Assembly: GCA_036172245.1 (NCBI GenBank)
Contig: JAYWIR010000002.1
Span: forward strand, 310,001-374,000
From: Raillietiella orientalis
Taxonomy: Eukaryota
Direction of reading: 5' to 3'
Length of the DNA stretch: 64,000 nucleotides
Below the pieces are notes generated by a model. That model made no database searches and was not told the DNA's origin. It saw nothing but the letters and a program-made list of their open reading frames with translations. Of this stretch, positions 46,221 through 56,842 are shown piece after piece (the stretch's first letter is position 1; each line of letters opens with the position of its first letter). Position numbers and translations under genes: made by a program.

Positions 46221-48287
46221 GCGTTGACCGCGTCGCAGTCCAAGCGACGGAGCAGTGTCAGCTTCTCCCGTTTCGTCACCCTGCTTCGCCCCTTTCCCGG
46301 GTGACCGAAACCCACGTGCTGCTGCAGCTGCTTCCAGTGCCTTCTTCACAAGGGGAGGGCAACGCGCCCCCTCTCCCCTCTCCGAGTTCTCTGACCTGAG
46401 TTACGCCGCTCCGCTACTGGAGGCAGAAAGCCGCCGAAACGGTGCCGGCTTGACGAGCCAAGCGAGGCAGGACAAGAACAGCTAGAGACGGGAAGAGGTC
46501 CCCATTTCCCTCCTTCTCCTCCTCCTCCTCCTCTTCCTCCTTTTCTCCCGTCATCATTCTGTTCGCGGAGGTCCTGCAGCCGACCGCGCAGAAGAAACCC
46601 TGAGCGCACCTCCGCGCCCCGTCTTTTCCTGTTTTCGTTATCGATTCCTCCCCCCCCCCCCTGTCTCCCAGAAAATGCACCCGCGCCCGATCGGCGTTCC
46701 CACAAGTGCAGAGGTACCCAGCCAGGTCGTTTGATTTGCACGACCAAAGCACTGCGGCTCCCCGTGCTGATTGGCGCGAGCTGACGGGAAGCAGGACGAC
46801 TCGTTTCTGGTACGACAAGTTGACGGAGGAGCCGCCGCGCGACGGAAAGAGGAAGCAGGAGAGAGCGGGAAGGAGGAGGAGGTGCTTCCTCGAGCACTCC
46901 CTCCCCACCCCACCCCGCAGCAGGGTGGAGGTGGGGAAGGGAGGGAGGGGAAGAAGGAGAGGGACTGGGAGAGGCAGCACATGGCCCGGGAGCGCCGTCG
47001 TCTCCCACCGAGAAATGCGGGTCGCGTCTGCACCGCACTCCGCCGCGGGTCTCCGGCAGCGCCGTGACGGCGCGCTGTCTCCGCCGTGCGAATCCGCTTG
47101 CGGATTCTTCCTGCCGGCTTGGTGAGGACGGCTGTCCTTGGAACCCCTCGCGTCGCCCTCCGCTCCGCTTTCCTTTTTGCCCGCTGGAGTCGTGCAGTCC
47201 GCGAGCTCTCCTCGCTGAAAGAGAGGTCGGAGAGAAAGGAGACAGGGAAGACGAACGCTGGGAGAGGACGGGGAGCAGCAGCATCGAATGCCGCGGCCTC
47301 TTCCCGAAGCAGCACTCACCACCCCTTGCACTCGGAACGACCAGGAGGAGCAGGCCCGGGTCTCCCGTGACGAAGTTTCCACGGAAGCCTTCCCAGCTGC
47401 AGAACCCGGAAGCGGGAGCGCACTTTCCTCGGGTTCTAAGTGCTTTTCCCAGTGCAGCCCCTCGGAATGTGACGCCACATCTTAAAGATCACTCGAGTGA
47501 CGTTGACGGGGCCGCAAAGTGCTTTGATAAGCGCTCGGTTTCGTCACCTTACGCGGCGGGTGAAGAGCCACCTCTTCACCCTCCGCGAAAGGGGTGGCCT
47601 CAGGGAAGAAAAGTAGCCCCTGTCGGAGCTCTGCAGCACTCTTTCCCTTCCTTTCCTGCTTCGACCGAAAGACCCAGCCACAGGAAGACGGCCGCTCTCC
47701 ACTGCTCTCCGACAGCGCTGACGCGTCGATCCGCTCGCGCGGACAGCCAGCCTTTCGCGACGTCGCACCAGCCGCTCCGGCAACCCCACCCCATCCCGGA
47801 TGGTGAGTCGCCCACGTCGGGTGACTCTCATCCAGCACGGCCGGGACTCCCGTACTATCCCGCTCAAGGGGCTATCTGGAGACGGGCCGCGTCCCGAACC
47901 CGAGGAGGCGGCCTCTGAACGGCCCACGTAGCTACTGGGGATTTTTCCGGCAGTACAGAAAGCACCGAAGCCTGAGGGTTCCCTGGACCCTTGGGTTCGG
48001 GTCTCCCCGAGGGAACTAGAGGAGAGAAAGGCGTCGAAAAGTAGCGTGCATTTGATTCGCCTGCATCTGCCGAGGGAGCGCTCTTTAGGAGAGGAGACGA
48101 AGCGCCGAAACGCGAGCGTTCGGTTCGGTGGACTCCTGTCCTCTGTGGCGGAAGTATCAGCGCGCGGTCAGAAACCAACGCTGCTCCCTCTCTGTTCTTC
48201 AGCGATCATGATGACGGTGGCGGTGTTGATCTACTTCAATGGTGGCTTCCTTTCCCCGTCCCGAAACCAAAGAAACTTAGCGCTCAC

Positions 48288-48385
48288 CGTGTCCTCCAGA
48301 CAGAGACCTTTGATTTCCAGGTCTGACGCACCAACGACAGCAAGCACAACAGCAACAAGAGTCTGGTACTGTAGTGGCCGCTCAT
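48288..48385 (-). CDS. candidate signal-peptide exon of an orphan secreted protein (unverified)
   Basis: ATG at 48385 gives MSGHYSTRLLLLLCLLSLVRQTWKSKVSVWRT, followed by a CG|GTGAGC donor (phase 2). The hydrophobic core resembles a signal peptide. Confidence 0.25.
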
Positions 48386-49976
48386 GTGGCTGCTTCAGCA
48401 TCTTTCCTTTCTCTTTTCTCCTCCTGTTTTGAGATGCCGCGCTCGCTCGTGGATCGGGTTCCACGAGCGAGTGCTTCCATGGAAACGCGATTCTTTGTTT
48501 TCCAACGCGCCATTGTTGAGCTCCGAAGAAAAAAGAAGAAGCAGGAAGAGCAGCTGGAGACTGGGATGCTAAACTGAGAATCCTGAGGGAACCGGGAATC
48601 CAATGCATCCTGGAGGGGTTTGGCGAAGGAGGCGCAGGTACTTTCCTTTGAAGAAGCGAGTCAAGGTGAAGATTTCAGAGAGCAAACTCGCCTCGCAGCT
48701 GGAAGCCATCACCACCACACAGCGGAAGCCAGTCGCAACTGCACGCAGTAGCAGACCCGCGGAAGACCCAACCCTCCGCTGCTTTCCGAATGCTTGGGGC
48801 TGCTCAGAGAGGAAGAAGGAGGATTTGCCGACGGCCTCCGAGCGGGCAAGCAGTTGCCGACTCGCTCCCGCCGGAGAGACCGAACCTCCGACGCCCCTTT
48901 GATGACTCTTGATCTGTGAGCCGCACGCATCCTGCATTTCCCACCCAGCATCGGGTTGCATTGTCCAAACACCACGTTGGCGTAAACAAGCCGAGCGATC
49001 CTCGCTTTGCCCGCCGAATCTCTCATTCGTGGGAACGCAGATGCTGGAAGCGAGTCGCTGCGCCAGCCTGAAGGAAAAAGGGAAGAAGGGTCCCATGTTT
49101 CCCGAAAGGATCGTCGGGTGGAGACCCGAATGTGCCAATCGAACGAAATCACGGTAAGAAGGGAAGAGGAAGAAACACCTGACTTCTCCCGAGGATGACC
49201 GACCCGATCGAATCGTGCGCGTGACCAGCAGCAGATGATTCCGGAGTTTCTCCGGCTGCTGCTGACCACGACGCTCGCGGCACGGGGAGACACTCGACCG
49301 AATCATCCAGCTTTTGTGGAGGGACGAATGAAATTTCTGCTCTCGAAAACAGTGAATCATGCTGCAGCTTATTCTTAGATGCAGCATGATTTGGTGTTTG
49401 TTAGCAGACACGGATGGGAAAGCTGCAATGAAACAGAGTGCGCCATTCTTTTCCACGGACTTCCGCTTCCGTTTTCTGCCGACTTTTCATTTGGCATGTC
49501 GAAAAGGATCCGTTCGAATAGCCCACCCAAAATTCAGAGTACTGAAGCCCAGGGCGTTGGAACTCGATCTTTCAGGAGCTCATCAGCAGTCGATTTCGCA
49601 GATCCAATGACTCTATCCCTTCATCCTTCGAACCGTTTCCATGGAAACGGTTCGTAAGATAAAAATATGGAACCTTTTGTTTTCCTTACTTCCTTGGTCG
49701 AGTTTTCGCTCAAAGAGTAAGCAAGCCTCCTGCATCCCTTGGCAGCGCGCAGCCAGCACTCGTGATTCTGACACATCTTGCCTAGCAACGGAGTGCGGAG
49801 TGGCATCCTATTTCTTCAGAGTGGGAACCTGGTTCTCCGTTTCTCGGTTCTCCGTAGGGATGATCTACGGGACTGCCTATGCGCACCGTCCAGGAGGTGC
49901 TCCTTCCGCCTGCTTCCTCGCAGCCCAAATACACGGAGCCACACGCGGAGACTGCAGCCACATAGCCGCCAACGCG

Positions 49977-50533
49977 GGCCATGTGGCTGCGGTGGTTGCG
50001 CGCAATACCAAGCGTTGAGGGTTTGAATCCCACTCGGAGGAAGGACTGACGCCAAGAAATGGGTGCGTCATGAGTTTCGAGTCCCTTTCCCGGCAGGATG
50101 ACGCTGGTTGGCCTCGGGTGCGGCACTGGTGGAAGCAACCGGAAACCGGCGACTCCCATCGACTGGACGGGATCGGAAGTCGACTCTCTGGGATCCTCCA
50201 GGTTATGAAAATATAATACAATGCCGTACAATGGATCAGGGTGATGTCCCCCCTCGGAAGGTCCTCTTCTTCACAGTGTAAGAAATGGGCTTCTCCCTTC
50301 GGGTAAGCGCCATTCAGAGAAATCTGGAAGAGTTCCTTTGGGGTTCTCGTCGATAAACTCTTTCCTTGAGGGCTCCCTTCGGAGAAGAAAATGAGGAGAG
50401 GTCTCCTTCCGGAGACAACCAGGGCAAGGGTTCCCTTCGTGGTTCCCCTCCAAGCGTAAGAGAACGGACTTCTTCCTCGGAGCCTTCCTGGATTCATAGG
50501 GTGGTCCCTAGGGGTAGCTCCCTAACTTGAAGA
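49977..50533 (+). mobile_element. tRNA-derived SINE copy, fused head-to-head with a minus-strand SINE head (~49930-49979)
   Basis: Head GGCCATGTGGCTGCGG...ACCAAGCGTTGAGGGTTTGAATCCC; the 3' end GGAGCCTTCCTGGATTCATAGGGTGG...CTAACTTGAAGA matches the other copies. Confidence 0.72.
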
Positions 50534-51199
50534 GTGACATGCGCTCTCGGGTGCATGGACCTCGTCAAAGAGCTTCTTGACCTTTCTCCAACCTCACCTC
50601 CCTGAGGAGGCGGACGGCTCTTAAGCACTTGGCGAACCAAAAGAAAGAAAGGAACACCTGGATAAATGGTTGGTCTCGTGGACTCTGTTTGCTAAGGATG
50701 CTAAAAGAATCCAGTCCTCTCGTGCGAACGCAGACACGGAAAGACTCACGTCCTGTGACTTGTCTGAGAAGTTTCCCAGGTCGAGGAGCGATGCATGGAG
50801 CATCCGAATGGTGAGAAGTCAGCCAATAGACATTCGAATCTCAAAATAGGGGGCTCACGATTTTCCTCTGGACCGCGACGTGCTGCGTAAATCCACCTCC
50901 AGCGCCCGAGCTGTTCACAGCAAGGCAGCTTGGCGCTTTCTTGGTGGAAAGAACTTTAATCAGGAGAGGGTCATGTCCTGCGTGTAGCTGTTCCTCCCTC
51001 ACCGGAAATGCGCGCGATCCTTGGACCGTCGTTTCGCGCGCGCAGTCCGCCTCGGCTCGCTGCCTCCTGCACGAGTCGCATCTGCAAGAAGAGGTACGCG
51101 TCGCAAGAGTAGAAAATGCGTGGCGCAGCATTGCAAAGTTCACGGTCTCTCTTCGTCGGACCAAGGAGGCGACTCAGAAGAGGAGGGTGCTGGTGGTCT

Positions 51200-51400
51200 G
51201 CAACCGGCCAATGTGGAAAGACGGCTCGAAACTTGGTCCGGATCTGGTGTTTCAGAAGGATGGAGCCATCGTCCTCGACTGTTTCCCATCCCTTCGAGAA
51301 GCCTGCCGCAATGGCCCGGGAAGCTCGGCCAAGGATAGAAAAGGATAGAGGGGATGGTGGTGAGAAGAAAAGATGGGTACCGCGTGCTTGCAGTCCCCCG
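51200..51400 (+). mobile_element. decayed restriction-like endonuclease (RLE) fragment of an R2/NeSL-type retrotransposon
   Basis: KLGPDLVFQKDGAIVLD, then after a frameshift VSHPFEKPAAMAREARPRIEK. This resembles the PD-(D/E)xK RLE pattern RPDLV..IVLDVxxPFE...K..KY. Confidence 0.5.
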
Positions 51401-51479
51401 CTTTTCGATCCTCAGAGCGCAGACGTCAGTGCAAGCGCGCCAACGGTGGGTGCCCAAGAACCCTGGTCTGCGACCAAGA

Positions 51480-51632
51480 AACGAAGAGGAACGTAAGAGA
51501 AGGAGAGGGAAGAGAAAGAGGCGGAAGAGGAAGAAGAAGAAGAGGAAGATAAGTGGAGTGAGGAGGAGGAGGAGAAAGGAAGGAAGGAAAGTGGAGGAGG
51601 GGGAAGGGGAGGAAGAGAAGAGGAAGAAGTGG
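51480..51632. repeat. low-complexity GA tract
   Basis: (GAA/GAG)n runs. Confidence 0.8.
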
Positions 51633-52399
51633 TGGAACTCGAAACCCTCCTCCAGTGGTCAGGTAGCCGAGACGCACTGTTGGTGGCGTTCGAGGACGCG
51701 GTGTAGCGCCTGCCCTTACCACCCGCGTCACAGGCGGACGATTCTTCGGCAACAGCAGCAGCCACCTCAAAGAGCAGCTCAGCTCTGCGTCTTGAGGATA
51801 CGACCCGCTCCCCGTGACTCTTCTACACTAGGAGACGAAGAATAGGTCATCATTAATGGTGTGGGGAGTTGAAGTGGCTACGAGTCTTCCACACTTGCAG
51901 AGAAGAGCTGCTCTGGTACAGCCCTCTGTACTCCGCCACCTGGGTCTGTTCAGATCCTGTGGAGGCTAATACCACGGATGCTGCTCTTGCTGTGGGTCGG
52001 TCCCACAGCAAGAGTGTGGAGTGACGTCCCAATAGCAGGGTCTTCTCGCTTGAGGAATGTAGACCGCCCGCCTCATTCTCTCTCTCAAGGCTAGCTGGCT
52101 GGAGGACCAAGCAGTCCCGCCCGGAATCATGGGGACCCTCAAACGTGCTTTCGGGAAAGGGAAGGAGCAAAAGACACATCGGAGGAGACTTCACTGCAGC
52201 AGGAAAATGAAGCACCGGAAAAGGGAAGGGGGGTAAAAGGGGATGGCTTCAATGCGGCGAAAGGGACGGAGATTTATCATCATCAGCCGCATGGAGGGAA
52301 GATCTGCGGAACCATCACTATGGGAACAGATGCCCTGAGCACTTGCGTCCAGCAAAAGATGGGAATGGGTGATCACTTCGCCGCCACTTACCTCGTCGG

Positions 52400-53050
52400 A
52401 ACTGCGCCAGCCCGCATGACTTTGCTTACCTCGGGAATTCCCTTCCTCTTTCCCACCCGCACGGATTCTCCAGGAGGGTTCACCAGTACACGGAGTGGGT
52501 CTCTTCCCGTGCTTGCCTGGTCCCACGCATCGGCAGCTCCGAGACGAAGGGTGAAGCCACACTTTGCTGCGAACAGCGCTGCACGTTGGAGCGCCTCCTC
52601 TTTCTCAGGGACGTCCAGCTCTGATTTCTTGCGGCGGTGAGGAGTGGCGCGTAGGTTGCGCGTGATAGCGGCGTCCACCGCTTGACGGCGCCGATCGCAC
52701 GAGCGGAAGCTGGCGGTGCAGAGGGAATCCTCAGCCACTTCGCAGAGGACTCGAAAGCCGGGAGCAATGATGAACTGTGGGGAGGCTAGACAAGAAGAAT
52801 CGCCTTGGGAAATAGGGACTCGAATCGGCCTATTCCAAAAATGGCCTCTTCCTTCGGGGACCTCAGTTGCGACAGTAAAGTCCTCTGCGTCGCCGTTGCT
52901 CACAGTCCTTGTTCATGATATCCAGGAGCTACCGTCGAAGTCCGTTTCCGCAGGAAGCTATTCCTGGAGCATTCCAGAAATCCGGTCCTCCTGAAGAACT
53001 TCAGACTGCTCGCAGGAAGCTGCTCGGGAGCACGTGACCAAAGCAGCCCC
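52400..53050 (-). mobile_element. decayed LINE RT N-terminal remnant
   Basis: EVPEG..FWNRPIRV (cf. IPK...NYRPISL) and LDVPEKEEALQR (cf. LDxEKAFDR) occur in the expected order; highly degenerate. Confidence 0.35.
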
Positions 53051-53933
53051 AAACCCGTTCCTCGGAAGAGAGGGAGATCCATGAAGTGGATGCGAGGTTG
53101 ATTGCGTGGAGCCAGCCGGTGAGCCAGGAAGCTCCCGGTTCTGCAACGGAGGGCTGATCTGAGGGAGGATGAGGAGGTTCTCCCGTTCCAGGTGGAGTCT
53201 TAAGGAGTGGAGCTGGCACGGAAGCGGACCCAACCAGCAGACGGACCAGGCGTCATCTCAGCGCGGCTCTCGGGCATCTGCGAGCAAAAAAAATCGGGAC
53301 ACGCCCGCAGAAGCTCAGATGCAGTGCTTTCGGATGGATGGAACCAGCATGAGTCAAGACGGCGGCACCCACGCGCTCCGATGCTCGAAACCTTCACCCA
53401 CCCGCGAACGACTCCTCTCTCATCATCTTCCGGTAGGGTCGGAAAAGGCAGCTTCCTTCCCCTCTTTCCTTCCCCTTTCATTCTTCGTAGCACCTCCGAT
53501 GCAACTGGAGACTGCGGTGGTTCGGGAACCGATCTGTAAGAGCTGCTGTAGCCCGGAAAGGAGCCGACTACACACACCACTGTTCGGAGACTCCGTCTCC
53601 CATGGTTACAAGTTGAGCACACGAGCGCCCCTTTTCGCAGTAGCCAGGAAAAAAAGGAGGAGGGAAGGAGGGGGGGAACAACGGACGTGTCCGCTCGTCA
53701 CGCTGGCAAGGTGCTCGACGCTCTCCTCGGACTCTGAGCTTTGGAGGTGGAGAAACACGCAGGTGCGCGCACGCACGCACGCACAGAGCGCTCGCGTCTC
53801 GCTTCCAGGCAGGAGAGTGGTCGAGAAAACCTTTGGCTTCCCAGAGGCCGCCACTCCTGACTGCGGGAGAAAACACGCGCACCCTTCAATTCTGCAACAG
53901 AAGACTTCGTACTGCACCTTGTTTCTCCGGGAC

Positions 53934-54952
53934 TTGGGATCGGTTGCCTCGCCCCCGAAGGTCGGTCGCCTGGAACCCTCCCCAGCATTTTTCCTCAGAG
54001 CGTGCCACTGCCACTGGATCCGCGACGACGGAGGCTGTTCCAGGAGATCTTGAATCCCCCTGAGCGCGCACCCTCCTCCTCCCGCTCGCCGGAACCCGAG
54101 ACGACCTGCAGTCTCTCCCGACGTCACGGAGCCGGAGGCCAAGGGCGCATCCGGAGTCGGGTGCTTGAGAGCCACCCATCTCCAGGACCGGATACTTCGG
54201 CAGGAGCGTCCTTGCGGCACCTCTCGGGGTGGGTCGGGTCGACTTTCACGGTCGCCATCGCAACCGCTGCCTTCGTCGGAATCCGAGCAGCGTCTGCGTC
54301 GGGAGCGCGAGTAACCCGACATTCGGTTCATGGCGCAGCTCCCATGCCACACACCCAAGTGGAATCCGGGGAGCCTCATTGCAGGTTTGAGGGCAGGTCG
54401 AGGTCATCTGGCCTCCGCGATCGCTCGCCTTGCCGGATGGCACTTCGCTTCTTCCTTTTGCTTCGACGAGAGCCAGCTATCCGGAGGTAACGGTGGCGGT
54501 GATGAGGAGGATGGCGGTGGAGAGGACGAGAATGGGGAGGGGGAGGGAGCACGGCAACTGCGAAGGGAGGCAGCCAACGGATGTTTGGATTCATCTTTCT
54601 CGCCAGCTCTTGCCAGCCCTTGCCAGCCCTTGCCCCCGACTTGCACACAGGGTCAGCGCCGTAGGCGAACTCCACCAGTTTCCTCTGGGTTTGTTCCGAC
54701 CTGGAGGAGTTCAGAATCTTCCCGACGTTCCCAGTTCCGGCGGACGTCCACAAGAGACTCCCGTTGCGGATCTTCCCCTTCAGAGAGAGAGAAGGTTGTG
54801 TGCTGCTCCAGGCCCGTGCCGGTCGCGTTTCTCGAGCAGAGAGATTGGAGCTCGGCTTCCGCCGACTGGGTCCCGTTTTCATAGCATCGGTCCACTCCGC
54901 CACGTACTCCTCCCTCTGGGATCCTGGGCACCCCTGTTCCACCGACACGGTC
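53934..54952 (-). repeat. inverted segmental duplicate, copy 2 (partner 13662-14678)
   Basis: See copy 1; only four substitutions were spotted in the ~940-bp core. Confidence 0.95.
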
Positions 54953-56709
54953 GTCTAATAGGGCCTCATCTTAGCTACGGTTGTCACCTTCGTGAGAGCA
55001 GGGTCGATCCGAGCTCAACTCCCGATAGATAGCGAGCTGTTGCCAAACAACATGGAAGAATGGTTGGTTCCCAGGAAACAACGGGAGGAATGGAAAAGGC
55101 AAAGCGGTACCAATGGAAGGGCTCTCTTTCTTCTCATGAGGATCCTGCAGAGACAGTCACTTCCGGCTATCACCTGGTTCCAGTGATTCCTCGACAGTTT
55201 GCCAGAAATGGCGCAGCGCCGAATATCGAAAGGACTTCTCAGTAAAGCCGAAAGAGACACGAGTCCCTCATCTGGGGTCTCAGGAGCCAGGTCAGCAGAG
55301 AAGAGCGGTCTGGAAGCTCACCCAAAGAGCGCAAGTGCAAGAGCTTTTGCGCAGGAGCCCTTGTGCTGGCTCAAACATTATCAAAGAAACAAAGCATGCG
55401 TTTCCTCCGCCCTCCGCAGAGAGCGCTGAGAGGCCACAATTTTCCCGTAATCTTCCCGGACGTCCTCCAGGTGCAAAACGCTCTGCCCATGCACGAGACG
55501 GGAAAAGTCGGCGCCAGAGGAAGTCTTGGAGACGGCTCCTTCGCTTTCTTCTCTTCCCTTTCTTTTCTCCTCTCCGTCCTCTTCTCCTTCCTCCCTCTCG
55601 TCGCCTTCCTCTTCCTTATCATCATCACAACCGCGCCCGTGTGAAAAATTTTGCTTGGTGCAGCTGGGCTCCGCCAATGATCCTCCGTGGCTACAGAGAC
55701 GCATCCTCAGTTGTGTTCGGGTCGCGAGTGGCTCCGAGTGATGTCCGACGAAGGGAGGGAAAGCATTCGACTGCGTCCACACTTCCCGAATCCGGAATCG
55801 CAGGAAGAGGTACGGGCGCAGCCGACTGCAGTTTCCTGGAGATCCATCACGGAGGCCTCTACCGTCCCTGGATCCGGGTGTTGGCCAATTTCGAGGAGGA
55901 TCATTCCATGGGGAGCCCTCGTTGTCCTCCAGCTGAAGACCTGATGGGTTGGGTTTGCCGCTGCTGCTGCTTCTTCCACGGGAGCCTTCAGGAGACTTCC
56001 ACCCTTCCCTCTGTGACCCACGCACCCGCCGCCTTCTCTCCGTGTTGCCACTCGTGGGTTGGAAGAAAAAGGCCCGCTATAGGGCCACGTTCGGTGCTAT
56101 TTTCCAATGGGGAATTCGAATGGCCTTTGATGCTCCTTCCACGTGGACCACAGGACGGTCCAACCCGATGGGCCAGCCCGCCTGCTCGCCGTCTTCCCTC
56201 CCCTTCCTGCCTCCGCTCCTTCCTTCCTGCTCCTTTTCCTATCCCGCCAGGTTTTCTTTCCACATGGCGTGTTCGCGTGCGGCGCCGTGCAATCATCCGA
56301 AGTGGCTGCTGCCGCCGCTGCTCCCGCCTGGACCAGCCGCATCCTCATGTCGGGCAATCACACGCTAAGCCGCGCAATAAAAAATGCAAAGCGAGGAGCG
56401 GCGGCTTTTCCTTTCTCCCTCCCTCCTGCCCGTTCTCCCCCTGCGCACTCCTTTGTGTTTTTTTTTGTTTAGCTTTACACGCAAGGATGACCACAATCGC
56501 TGCATCCTGAAGAGGACGCAGAGGACACCTGGACAACGTGGCGTGACACCGGAGAGGCGGAGGGGAGGGGGTGGCGTGGATTGCGGGGAGGGCACGCCTA
56601 GAAGCAGCACGCGGCGAACTTCTGACTGAACGATGGACGGGCGGCTGGGAGGCGATCGGATCCACCCGCGGCAGCTCCATCCAGAAAGCCACCAACACCA
56701 TCATCATCC

Positions 56710-56842
56710 GTCCCTTCCTCCTTTCTTTCTCCCTTCCTCTGCCTCCTTTTTTCCTCATTTATCCTTCCTCATCTTCTTCTCTTCCTTCTCCCCCTTTCCC
56801 TCCCCTTCCTCCGCTTTCTTTCCTCCTCCCCATCCCACCCCA
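56710..56842. repeat. low-complexity CT tract
   Basis: (CCT/CTT)n runs. Confidence 0.8.

Noticed and set aside
46346-47478. Overlapping 354-aa and 312-aa minus-strand ORFs
   Set aside because: Several frames are open because of GC and low-complexity content; no recognisable protein.
55335-56510. 391-aa plus-strand ORF
   Set aside because: It runs through low-complexity CT tracts and repeat remnants, with no domain and an alternative start codon.
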